A stretch of DNA of 64,000 bases, from assembly GCA_024704765.1 (NCBI GenBank), contig JAKMXF010000004.1, positions 62,001-126,000 of the forward strand, in the 5' to 3' direction. The translations under genes and the position numbers were made by a program. The notes under the pieces are model-generated. The model was not told the DNA's origin. It saw nothing but the letters and a program-made list of their open reading frames with translations, and ran no database searches. Origin of the DNA: Oopsacas minuta (Eukaryota > Animalia > Porifera). Below are positions 26,103 through 38,699 of this stretch, piece by piece; within the stretch, counting starts at the first letter, position 1, and the number at the start of each line of letters is the position of its first letter.

Positions 26103-26984
26103 ATGGATCTTGTTATAGGCTCTGATGCTACTCATGACACTGGTCATTCACCTCTTCATAATATTTTACTCTCCAAGTCCGATAAACCTAATATTCGTAG
26201 GCACAAACGTTCAAAGAAAGAGAAATCTCGACATTATTATGAGTCTCGTTCAAGAAGCAGGTCACAGACATACTCACCTTCACCTTATGGCTATTCTCGT
26301 TCTTATAGCCACAGTCCGTTTGACCGCACACCTTCTCCTGAAAGACGACATCACCGTCATAGGGTACCAGCATATGGACGTAACTCTGGGTATCGCAGTA
26401 AATCTAATTCATATACTCCTCCTCGTTATCGTCCTACTCACTATAGAGGAGGTGGAACTGGTCTAGGAAATTCTTCTCCTACTAATCGGAGACGTTTTTA
26501 TGGGGATAGAGAATTACCTCAACCATCTCGTGTCCTTGGAGTATTTGGCTTAAATATTGATACTAAAGAAAAAGAAGTTAAGGATGTTTTTCGGAGATTT
26601 GGACCAATGGAAAAAGTCGTAATTGTCTATGACCATCAAACTGGACGTAGTCGCGGGTTTGCTTTTGTTTATTTCGAAGATGTTGCTGATGCTGAAGATG
26701 CGAAGGAAACTATGAATGGCTTTGATATGCAAGGTAGGAAAATCCGTGTTGACTTTTCTATTACCAAGAGACCTCATACCCCTACACCAGGGATATATAT
26801 GGGCAAACCTAGTTCCTCTACCAAGCGCCGTAGCGAACGGGAAAGGGAACGGGAAAGGTATACTAGTGGCTATGATGGCTATGATAGGGAATCTCGCTAT
26901 CCAAGAAGCAGGTCAGGATTCTACAAATCTCGATCTCGTTCATACTCCCCTAGGTATCACCCGCATGATAGAGGCTACTACTAG
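26103..26984 (+). CDS. TRA2: Transformer-2-type SR splicing factor (RS1-RRM-linker-RS2)
   Basis: RRM VLGVFGL...GRSRGFAFVYF...GRKIRVDFSITKRPHTPTPGIYMG carries the Tra2 diagnostic linker; RS repeats on both sides. Start is uncertain: ATG at 26103, or an AG acceptor at 26117-18 with a small upstream exon. Confidence 0.93.
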   Translation: MDLVIGSDATHDTGHSPLHNILLSKSDKPNIRRHKRSKKEKSRHYYESRSRSRSQTYSPSPYGYSRSYSHSPFDRTPSPERRHHRHRVPAYGRNSGYRSKSNSYTPPRYRPTHYRGGGTGLGNSSPTNRRRFYGDRELPQPSRVLGVFGLNIDTKEKEVKDVFRRFGPMEKVVIVYDHQTGRSRGFAFVYFEDVADAEDAKETMNGFDMQGRKIRVDFSITKRPHTPTPGIYMGKPSSSTKRRSERERERERYTSGYDGYDRESRYPRSRSGFYKSRSRSYSPRYHPHDRGYY

Positions 26985-29280
26985 CAAGTTTCTTAGTACT
27001 CCCTTATATCTAGGTTTGTATTATTAAATCCTTAATTAATTCTGTAATTTAGGTTGATTCTACTCAACAATAATAGATTTTGGTTAGATTACTATTGATA
27101 AATTTAATTAAGATTACTAGTCAGTTGAACATTCAAATAGCCCCTAATTGTTTGGATTTATGTCACCTTTCTTTAATATATTTTTTTAAGATTGATATTT
27201 AAACACATGAAATCGTAGCCTTCATCATTTACGGCGAATCCACTATGAAAAATACCGAAGCCCGATGGAACTTGATAGCTAATTCATATTTGTTTACAAT
27301 ATACTAGCATCGTTTGATTGATAAATAGCTGGGCGACGGCCATATGCTCGTCTCTTTGTGCTCCCGATTTTCTTTATTATAGAAAAGCAAAATTCACATA
27401 GTGCCTTGTTAACTGAGCGACAAGGTAAGATTCGGCACTAAGCACCAATTAGTGCCTGATTCTTTAAATCGGTTAACCCCCGCTATATCCAGTTTCTGCT
27501 GGAGAAATATTTCATTAACCAAATTGTTGCATTTCTACCAATATACTCAGTGTGTTCCTAAGGTTTTGAGAGGTATGATAATATTTACACAAATTCTACT
27601 AGTTAGTTGTTAGTGAGATGCTACGTTTTATGGCCGTTTTCTCAAATTTCAATCGTTTGTAAGATACATTCGCATTATCATGATTGCGTATATAATAACT
27701 ATGTATTAACATTTTCAATTTTAGTCACAAAACATCATTGATGATGTTATAGAATAATTGCAGCTGTCCCATTAACTGCTATTATCGAAAAGGCTTTGAT
27801 CACACCTTTAATTCAGTTAACCAGCCCCTGCCGCGCCCCTATAAATTTGTGAAATAAAGTCGCATTTCCAGATCCTGGCACTATTTTCCAGAAGGATTTG
27901 AAATTGCTTTGAATATTTTAAGCTATTTTCTCATAATGGAGTTGTTTCAGTTGGATTTTGTGTCTAACACGTTTCTTAATAACCACAAACTGTTAAAACA
28001 TAGATGCTTTATTCAAAGTAATCACTTTTATGTTATCAGGGCTGGGGTTAGTTAAGGGGGTGGTTAAGCCATATTAATTATGAATTTAATATTGATAATT
28101 TATACTTTGTATTTTAATATAAATATGTATATATTATATTATTATCCCTAATAGGGACCAAGGATGCTTCAAAATAATGAAATTTTAGCGGTTCACTATA
28201 AAGTGGCCACTGTTCCCGAAATTCTTGCGAAACTCTTGTCGTTTTTTAACTCTGTTAGTTCATTCAAATGTTTGAGTGTATTAATGCTCTGCCTCAACAA
28301 TTAAATTGATTTTAGGCTGATCAACAAACTTTAGTTAACATTGAAACACCCAAATAATACCATTCATGACCATAGATTCGCAAATATCATTATATTAGTG
28401 GATCATATGATAAAAATATAACAGGAAGTACTTCATAGCTTGATTCGTATATATGCTATGGAAGATGTAATGATATGTTTGAAATTTCAGTTTCGATTTA
28501 CTTCAAACATGAAAAGTAAATTTATGATGCTAGTCTTAAACATATTTGATATTACGCGTAACGCTTATTTTCTATAATTTCCATTAGCCATGTTTACTGA
28601 TTATTTTATATACGAATCTTTGATTCTTTTCCTCGCTATGAGCTATACTCAAATTGAGTATAGCGTATGGCAAGGAAAATAGTGTATATTTGATAATACA
28701 TTGGGTAACTCAATGTATCTTTGTATATACATCCTTTTCACGGCTGGCGAAGTATATTGAAATTGAAATTGAATGTTGATATAATTTTGAAACTGAAAGG
28801 GAATCTTTTCTTTTTATTGTACAATCCCATTGCCAACCATAGGTTTAATTATGTGAAATTCAGATTCAGCATAAATTCTTGTCCCATATCACTTTGAGAG
28901 CTATTATCTACTTAATTTTGAGATTTGCAAAATTTGTTTGTATTAAAATTATGTAACTTTTAGGCCTGGAATCTACAATACTCCTTAGTTTAAGGAAGTA
29001 AAAAATGCATTGTAGTTTTTCGAATTTTATAATTTAATTTATTATGAAATATACTGTAGGCGTGCGCAGGTTTGAGTTTTGGGGGCGGCGCTGGTTCGTA
29101 TCTTGTAAATCTAAATGCAGCGTTCTTTTAACGGTATGTAATTTGTTAAAGTATAGTAGTAATCAGTCACATAACGAGTATCCACACTTTGCTCATATAT
29201 ATTTGTACATCCCAAATAACAATTTTTTGCTTCTTATGATATCGAAACAATTTGGAATTAAATACGTAGTATTACACAAT

Positions 29281-30309
29281 ATGGCCTACTAATAATGCGG
29301 CAATCGAAGCTGCCGAATCATGGAAAGAAAATGAGTCTAGTTTTGAACAGTAGAAATTTGTAAAGGCTGATTAACTGAAAATAGGTGTGATATGACTTAG
29401 AAATGTATTATCAACATGTATAAACGTAATATCAAAGTATACATTTATATGGTCAAATATGTGATTGGTTATCACGTGGTCACGGATGCGCTATTTTGTA
29501 CAGCAAAATGAATTTCTATCTGTATTTAGATATTGTTTTCAACATCTGTGAAGTCTGATTGGTGTATACATATTTTGATGAATTAATGTTGTTGATTCAA
29601 AAGATTTCGGTAACATGTTCGGAATTTGATCACATTCCTGTGTTGCCAAGGAAATGAAATTTGTTATATTGAATTCTTAACTCAAAAAATATAAATGCTG
29701 TCGATCTATAGTTGATACTAGTCTTCCCGCAATATGTTACTTCCTATTACGAATAATATAGTTTGTATACCCCACTTTCATGATATCAAAAATGGAAACT
29801 CAAAAGATATTGAATGTACGCCATTGAAATATATTGATCGTTAATAGGAAGTAACATATTGCGGGAAGACTGGCATCTACTATAGATCGATAGGATTTAT
29901 AATTTTTGAGTTATGACTACAATATGACAAAATTGATTTCAATAGCAACACAGGAATGTGATCACATTCCGATCATATAATCGAAATTAAACAAATCTGC
30001 AATGTTTATTCATCATAATATGTATATCCCAAAAGACATTACAGATGTTGAAAACAATATCTAATACAGTTTAGAAACTTGCATTTGTTCTACAAAATAG
30101 CATATTCCGTGACCACATGATGACTAATCACATATTTCACACATGTATGTATACCTTGATAATAGGTTTCTATATTCTCATAATATATTCCACAGGCCTA
30201 TCATACTAATTTTCCAATTTTTAGCTTTTACAAATTTCTATTTTTCAAAATTAGACCCTTATTTTTACATTGATTCGGCAGCAATTATAGCCGTATTATG
30301 GTAGGTCAT
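29281..30309. repeat. About 1-kb foldback palindrome (about 480-bp diverged arms, about 70-bp spacer)
   Basis: Ends ATGGCCTACTAATAATGCGGC vs GCCGTATTATGGTAGGTCAT; inner CTTCCCGCAATATGTTACTTCCTATTA vs TAATAGGAAGTAACATATTGCGGGAAG; matches continue along both arms. No ORF. Confidence 0.9.
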
Positions 30310-31349
30310 GCAAAAACCTATTTTTAAGTTCCACTTTTGCCACATGTGGCCTAAATATTCAGTTCTAAAGATACCACAAAATTTGCTCTAAACAATTCTA
30401 AGTATTCATACTAAAGTAAAACTGACTGTTAATATTCAAGTTTTTATTACTCCATCTCATTTTTTAATTGGTAAAATTTCTAATATTTAGTCTGGGATAC
30501 AATTGATTCCGCATAGAACTCCAAAATTGGTCACAAATTATGCTGACACTGATTTTGGTTTTTGCATGATTGAATCCGATATTAGGTCAAAGTGAACACT
30601 TAATCATATATGACACATTTAAGTATACATGAAAATCTGTTGTGGTATAATTCTATTGTTCTTTAACTGTATATATACAAATGTCCCTTTTTACAGGGTA
30701 GATGCGTACCTTAAAGAGTGCATAAAACGAAATTGCGTGAATCTCGATTACTAACTTATTAACAAATACCAAACCCATAGATGAGGTTCCTGATAATTCT
30801 TAAGATTATTTGTTTAGATGCTATTGGATGTACGTTATACTCTAATTACAATGAACTGCTTGTGACCCCGGTTTCATTGAAACGATTATACAAATTTTGG
30901 GATATTCGTTTCTGCCCCTATAGTATATTATTCAGTCATTTCATTACAAATACCCACAGGAATTGAAACTTTTATCCACTTTTCGAATTATATTCAATTA
31001 TTCAAATTATCATTTATTTCTTTGGTTATACGTATATTTTAGTGTACTAGTATGGTGTCCTATGTATGACATGATTTGTTCAGTCTATTAATATAATCTG
31101 TTTCTGTCCTCGGACAATGACTTGAGGCTGTCTACGCCACTGATGTAGCTCTTATTTTGGGGATGAATCACAGAAATTTTGAATTTCCTCTAAATTCACT
31201 ATGCTTACATATCCCAGGCCCCATACACTTAATATTCTTAAGACATATAGGTATAGCAAATCGCTACACGACAGGCGGTATTATACATATCACCTCATTA
31301 ATTTGATATACTATAGTATTCTTTGGATAATTTCTAAATTTTTCTTCAT

Positions 31350-32100
31350 TACTCTACGGGATATACTCGGCACCTCGTGCTAATTTGAATATACCAAAAT
31401 TTTTAAGATGTAAATGTCCATGTTCCATCCAAATCAGATTTAATGCTAATCTGTGTTCACACTCTAGCTGCAGAATACTCTTCGTTATTTATCTTTGCAC
31501 TTTTGTACCTCGAGTATTATGAAATTCTAAATACTGTGATCTCGAATATGACATACCCTTGGGAAACAAAAAATAGTACGTACAAACTAAAGATATTAAG
31601 TAAGAACCGAAATAAATCTTATCCGAATATTTTTCTATACAATTGGCACAAAATTGATTATCGGTTTTGAGAAAAGTAGGATTTAACCGAAAGTACGTCT
31701 TTTCCGAGTTCTGCTCTCTATTGTGTTTCGAAATGTATAAAATTTTAATTTATCTAGCTAAAGTCGTGATCATGTATTAATTCCATGATGAGTTTGAAAT
31801 TGGTCAAAATCATGGCAACTTGATTGGTACATGTAATTAAATTTCGTACTTTTTTCATTTATATATTGATTTAGCTAGGGCTAACAATTTGATTTTTCGA
31901 AAAACCCAAAAGTTTATAATGTTATAATTTCCTTATAGGTGTAATATTTATGCCATAATTGAATTTGAATGATCCATGGCCCAAATATCCCTTATGCTAA
32001 ATCCGCCCTTGGTTTCTTCTAGTTTCTTAAATCAATCCTGGACATACAAACATAAGGAATTACAGTACATATATACAGTAGACTATCTACACAATTACAC
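31350..32100 (-). repeat. Unclassified repeat family 1, copy B
   Basis: Same orientation as 37470-38090; shared ATCCAAAT, GATGAGTT...TTGGTCA.AATCATGGC and ATCCTGGACATACA blocks. Confidence 0.6.
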
Positions 32101-34499
32101 ACACCTATTCAACTGTATTGATCAAATGTGTTTTCATAGTTTCAGCCAGAGTTACCAGATGTTCTCCATAAAAATCCTGGACACGTTGAAATCGTAAATA
32201 CTAGAATAGTGGCTGCCAACCGTCCTATTGTTCCCTGCAACAATACTGCACTTCGAAACAATATTCTTTCTAATCCATAAATATTCCCATAAGCATAAAA
32301 CCTCGACTCTCTGAGCATGTACAGACAATTCTAAACTAGGTGTCTGCTCAGTAGTTACTAAGCTCTCTGTCCCTAGTGAGTATTATAAGATAATATGTAC
32401 CAAATATTGTCGAAATCGGTGATTTTGCTTCCCTGGAGTTTTGGCTGCTTGCACGTGCTTGTTTCTGCATATAACTATTACAATACGAAACGTATTGTGT
32501 TTTTGGCTACGGGGATGTTTGCGTAATGGTATATTTTGCCCTTGATAATATAATAATTTGCAATTTTAATTTAATTTATTTCGGGTTATTTTGCATCTTT
32601 GTTTCTTACCATCTGCATGTGTCAATCAAGTTTGATTATTTCCTGTTTTTGATTGCAATTTTCATTGGTCAAAATGATGAGGTTTTGTTCAATGTTCAGT
32701 TAAATACATAAATAATGGATTATTGCAGGCTGATTTGATGGATGTGAAGAGAAAGAATTTCACCTTCGAAGCATATAATGATTTTGTAACTGAATCGGTT
32801 TATGTTGCCTATTGGGTTTTCAACATTTCTGTTCATTTTGGTGCTTAAATAAGCGAAATCAACTCTATTATCAAGATATTTTATAACACATGTAACTATC
32901 TTGAATAATAATGTACAAAACGGACAAATATGAATAAGGACATTTCGAAGAAATGCCAAAGTGTGAAGAAAAGGACGTCTGGTAACACTAGTTTCAGTCC
33001 TAGAACTTTAAATTTAAATTTCCTATAATCACACCCACAAATATGGAGTTCAGCTTTCCAAGCTGTTTCATAATGTAGCGGTAAATTAAACTATGATCTG
33101 TGTTTTGTAGGAGCCCTCTACTCTTCGTCCCCAAACACACGAATTTAAAGTGGGGATATTATGTAGTTATTTAGTTTACATTGTTCGATTTGAGCTCTAC
33201 CTTTTTGGTTTGATAGTATCAATTTGACATAGTTAGAGATCTCACTTATATCGAGTGAACCTACATGGGTGTAGGATCGGGATGTGAATGAGTAAGACCT
33301 GGAGCCATAATGAAGATGATGGGTGTTACGATAAACTCACTTTTATACTATGCTCTATGAGAGTATCTAATTATTTTGAGGGCCATATCCTCACCAAGTA
33401 CATGATTCCATTTCTTTTCTTTATAATTTTCAATTCAATTCACGCCATATACATCAACAAATCCCTCGCGAACTCTAGAGCATTACTTATGTAATCTTAG
33501 TACTCTACAAACTCCTGTCAATTAGGAACAGTTTTTTTCGTGCTTAGTATTTACTTTTTTACCTATTCATGATTGAACTTTTTCTCCACCTTTAGGCCTA
33601 ATATCTTTCACGTCTTTTCGCATTAAAACCGTTATTGATATGAATTCTGTGTATTTTTAAGTTGCATTATTCAGTGATACATAGTATATTTTGGTTAAGT
33701 ATACCATTCCAATTTATACTTTTTCTCTTATAAAGGGGGTGTTGAAGTTTCCAAGAATAAAAATATTGAATTTACGGAGTCAAGAACAAACTAGTCACCA
33801 AATTGACAAAAATGTAGACAGAATATTGAACATATGTATGAAGATTTTGGAATATTTTAGATACCATGAAAAAGAGAAGATCTTTCTGCAAATATTTATT
33901 TTGGAATTCATGAAATATCCATAATACTATTCCAAGATTGAAGCTGACTTGAAGAATGTCCAATTGGACTACTTCGATGTACTCTTTTATTATTGAGGCC
34001 TTTTGATTTACATTATTGTTTATCAATACCTTATTAGAACTATTATGAATTTCTTAGAAATCATGGTACAGTCATCTCCGCTCTATTGGGATACATCGGT
34101 TCTAGCCCTTTGTCCCCTGATAAGCAAGGTTCCTAATTAACCGGATAAATTCTATTAATGATGCTATATTGCTTCGTTTTCTATTTTTTCATTCGCATTC
34201 TCAATAATAGGGGTGGTCAGTGGGTGCTAGGTACCCGCAATAAAATTTTTGGGGGACTGAGCCACCCAACTTTAGGACTTATAATCACTAAATCGCCACT
34301 TTTCATGTCCTACCGATGCCATTAAATGCAATGAATGCACTATAAAGTTTTATCATTATGCATTATAATAGAATAATTGGACATAGACAACATCCAACTA
34401 TGAATGAATTGAATTAATTGATGTTTTGATTTTTACCATTTGTATGGTTCCTGAACAGTGATATATATAGTTTATGCCATTCTAATTTGAATTTGATTC

Positions 34500-34980
34500 T
34501 TCAAACTAGTTTTCAAATTTTCAACTGTTATCGGAATAAGGAACAAGATACCTGAAGTGATTGATGTTCAGCGAAATATTTAAGTTATTAAAACTATATT
34601 TAGTAATACCTATGACAAGTTGCACTTCTGAAAGGTCATTTTCAGCTTTTAAAGCCTCATAGAATTATCATAGAGTAACAATGAGACAATTGAATAATTT
34701 ATTAACAATATATATACCGTATATATATAACCATTTAGCAGATGAACTAAATGTTAGAATCTATTGGGAAAGAATTAATTATGAACTGTAGTCATAATAG
34801 ACGTTAAAGTTTTTGGGGCACACTGTGTCCTTAACTGAATTCGAGTTATTAAACACATTTAGTTGCACTGTTTGTGAAGACGTATATGTAAATATAATGA
34901 CTATGGTAAGTTATGAATTATATATGACCAATAAGAAATAATTGTGCCCCCCAATGCTGAACATATTCCGCCACCTCTGC
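34500..34980 (+). mobile_element. hAT (Ac/ZMYM-like) 3' remnant with dimerisation domain and right end
   Basis: LVIPMTSCTSERSFSAFKAS*NYHRVTMRQLNNLL, followed by a GC-rich terminus GTGCCCCCCAATGCTGAACATATTCCGCCAC. Confidence 0.7.
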
Positions 34981-37469
34981 CCAATAATTTGATGTAACAA
35001 CTGAATGATGGGGTCATACCCCTCAAAGGTTTGCACTTGGAAATTTGCGGATATTTGGTCTTCCGTGGATCAATTTGATAGCACTTCTAGTAGAGAGATT
35101 TTGAAAGGCAAAATTAAGCCAATTATGTGTCTATTTATCGAAATTTAGTCTATCTACTTAGAGTATTAGAATTTTCTTAAATGAAGAGAATTTTTATATG
35201 AATGAGTTACAAATTTCACTTGATTACCTGAATTTGTCCTGATTCACCTCAAATTTTTAGTTTTATTTTATTCTTCATAATATACATCATCTTTTCATTG
35301 TTAACTTATATTGACACGGGCATGCAACCCCAATCTAAATGATTTCATTATCCTTTTCTAGCCGTGAAGCTTCATTAACTCAATTTTGCTAAATCACATT
35401 TTTCACTCTCCCAACTCATTCATTTTCGTTTGTCAATCTTATTCACCTCATTAAATTGTATCAGGACCAACTCTTTCAAAAGGTACGTTTACCAATCGCT
35501 TTATTAGAGTGGGAATTGAATCGGAACTTCGTCCATTTTATCTTTTCTATCCCAGTTTTTCCGAACCACGTATTCACTACGCTGACTTTCAATCAAAATG
35601 TGATTCTACTCATTTTACTAATTTTATACTTATGTTAACTCACAGAACTCATCCTATAGCAACCAACTTCTATAACCCACTTTAGTTTCTGAGGTGATGT
35701 TTTTCTTCGATCCCGAGGGGATTTGGGTCTGTATTTGCAGAATTTTGTGTTGGGGTAATAAACTTTCCAGTTTTCAAGTTCCATCCACTGTGAAGGAACA
35801 GGGCATGTATTTATACTGTTTTTGCTGTTATTTGACTACTCCCGCATTCGGATTTGTCGGTTTATTATCTCTACTATCCTGCGTGTAGATGAATATTTTT
35901 AGTAGCTCGATAATATCATACGATTTTGTACTTGAGACTTATCACACTGCAAACTATTTTGCATGTAAAAAATTTTTGTTTATCTCTTATATGGAGATGC
36001 CCTAGTGGCATGGACTATGTGCGACGTCCCTACGTCGTCCTGTTTGCCGTGCGAAATCTATCCTTCCGATTCACATGAAAATTATTGCATATATACATTT
36101 ATCACCCCTTTTGTGTGTTTAATCATATTTTCACTCATTTTTATGTATATTTCAAAAGCATGCTAGAGAATAGCTTTCAATACTTTTGTCAGGGGTAATT
36201 GGGCACGTGGAGTCCGATTTTGAGATTTTCACATTATGAAAGTTTTACGAAATGATGCTCTAAATTTCTTTTCAACTGTTTTTCAGCGCTAATCGAGGAT
36301 GCATTACATTTTTAGATTTTCTCACATTTCTCATAATGTTCACCATTTTCTGAAAACCTTTGTTTATATTCCAAATTTATGGTATAGATTATTTCGTTTC
36401 CAAAGTCTGACAGGGGGTGATTTTTCAAGATAATTATTTAGAATCTTATTCATAGCATTTGAGGATACAATAATCTGGTGCATTGAGGTATCTGTATTTG
36501 AGTTGGCGTGCCTTCCCTCATAAGTGCATGACAATTAATTACCCTTAGCTGTATTACCAGTCTTTTGGGAGGACATTTGCAGATTAAATGTTAAAGATCT
36601 TCATTATTCCAATAAAATCAATATTGCAATGTTTCTCATACTAAAGACTGGTCACCAATTTCCTGGCGGCTATAATTCGCCATTCCAAATTTTCAGGTCG
36701 TGTGCTTAGCCAGACCTCTTTGACCATTCACCCTCATGGCTGTATCATCTTTGCATCTTCTAAGATCGTTAACGCTCTTTACGACGAATGGACCCCAGAT
36801 TCCTTTCTTGACTGCCCCATCTCAGAAGCACTTGATTTTCACACTTAATCTCTTGCAAAGCTTCCAATAGTTATTTTGCATGTTGCAAAATTACGTCACC
36901 TTAATCTCAAAACTCGTATATTGGTTAGCAAACTGGGGATATATCGGATATGATTGTGAACCTACTAATTTTACAGCTTAGTGACAAGATTGATATCTAA
37001 CATTTAAGCAGGCTAACCTTTGATATAGAATATATATACAAACTGATAAATTTAAAATCTAAGATGATTATTGCCACCTTTTTATTACCTAAACACATCG
37101 TGTCAATAACCATTTCTGTATTACAATATTTCAGTTTCTATTTCCGACATAAAGGATTTGGTCTTCTAAAGGGTTAAATATTTCCTGTTCGTAGACTGTA
37201 AAATTTGTAGCTTCCTATCACCTATATCCAAAATTTGCCAAACAAAACACGATTTTTGTGGTTACGGTGAAGTAATGTTGCGATGATATACAATTATTCT
37301 TCTATAGCACAAAATACTCATTAAATAAATCTTCAGTACTTATACACATCGACGATTACAGGTAGTGCCAAATGATTGTCTATCAACACCTAAAATGAAG
37401 CAGGGAACAAATACTACATGAATATATTTCACTTTACACATATATGTAGTAATATTTACAGCAGTATTT

Positions 37470-38090
37470 ATATATACTGCTTATTTCCTCAGGTTTGATT
37501 GATTAAGTGTTAAACAGATACATTTCTTATTGCTTTTTTGTCGCTACGACGGGATGAACCCGGAACTCCATGCCTCAGGTTTATAATGTAACAGAAATTG
37601 TAGGATTTTATAATCTATGGTCCATCCAAATTACATTCAATGACCTTCTGTTGTGAGACTCACTCCTACGTAGGATTTGGTTAGTAATCTCGGCACTTCA
37701 TGGGTCGGGTATTAAGAAATTCTGAAATTTTCCGAAAATATTTTGTGCTGTCATGAAGACGTAATAATCCCACGATGAGTTAGATTTGGTCAGAATCATG
37801 GCGTCAGGACATTATCACATTGAAGGGCACCTGTGATTCAAATTTCAAACTTCTATCATGTATATTGGCTAAGCAGATTGGTTAACATTGTGATTTTCGA
37901 GAATCCATAAAGGTGACAATGGCATCATAATTTCGTCATATTTGTGAATTTTCCTCTCATGCTCGAACTTTTCTGAGCTAGGCCCAAGATACCCTTGTAT
38001 ACCAGCCAATAATCTTTCCTGGGAGTCTTTTAGTCACTTCAATGTATCCTGGACATACACAAAAATTACAGCGATATACAGATTAATTAC
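37470..38090 (-). repeat. Unclassified repeat family 1, copy C
   Basis: Reverse complement aligns to 18670-19170 and 43170-43440. Confidence 0.75.
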
Positions 38091-38270
38091 GTTTAAATAA
38101 TATTGATATGTACATTTCCTGAAGACACAATGTACATTCCTCCGAAACTGTCTGCAATTGTTCGACTTTTGTAGGTTTTGCCAAAGGTTTCATCTAATCT
38201 GAGACTACGCATATTAAAGCTGTGAAATATACACTGAGCATCCTTTATTTCATTAAATACGAGTATATAC

Positions 38271-38690
38271 TACCCAGAACAGAAGTCGGAATTTTGCCCA
38301 AAATTGATGTCGGAATTTGACCCAAACCTGAAGTAGGAATTTGACCCAAAATATTAGCTTGGGAGAGCATGTTTTAGAATGATTAATTAATTAAGTTTAA
38401 TAAACCATTTGTTTTCTAAATTGATTTATAGAAACGAGGACGTGATAGGAAAGTTTTTATTGTATTTATTAGAAATCCTTTACCATTGGGAGGGGATTAG
38501 GGATTTAGTTCACTTCATTATTGATCTCGGAGTATTCATTTGTACTCGTTATTAAGCTACCTAGGTGCGGGATGTGGACTCCATGCCTATTTTGATTTTG
38601 GATTGACTTTTGTTGGATTAATTATTAGAAAATCGTTTGCAAATTCCTACTTCCAATTTTATTTTGGGTCAATTTCCTGCGTCTCCTAGC
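38271..38690. mobile_element. Non-autonomous element with 24-bp subterminal tandem repeats (possibly MULE-like MITE)
   Basis: Three 24-bp units GA(A/T)GT(C/A)GGAATTT(T/G)(G/A)CCCAAA at 38282-38353, with inverted copies at 38641-38685 (AAATTCCTACTTC, TTTTGGGTCAATTTCCTGC). Confidence 0.55.
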
Positions 38691-38699
38691 AAGAATACA

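Noticed and set aside
26125-27027. Overlapping and antisense ORFs at Tra2, and similar short ORFs opposite transposases
   Set aside because: Shadow frames of real coding sequence with no independent motifs.
26067-27030. Tra2 as a processed retrogene
   Set aside because: No poly(A) tract or TSD visible and the frame is intact; intron loss in the native gene is at least as likely.
27241-27403. CACTATG ... CATAGTG pair resembling ProtoRAG heptamers
   Set aside because: No matching 5-bp flanks (GAATC vs CCTTG) and no further TIR similarity; probably chance.
27815-28070. TTAACCAGCCCCTG ... CAGGGCTGGGGTTAGTTAA as a piggyBac-like MITE
   Set aside because: The inverted match is only about 9 bp and the TTAA positions are not symmetric.
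38282-38353. 24-bp repeats as a CRISPR-like array
   Set aside because: Units are directly adjacent with no unique spacers, the context is eukaryotic, and there are no cas genes.
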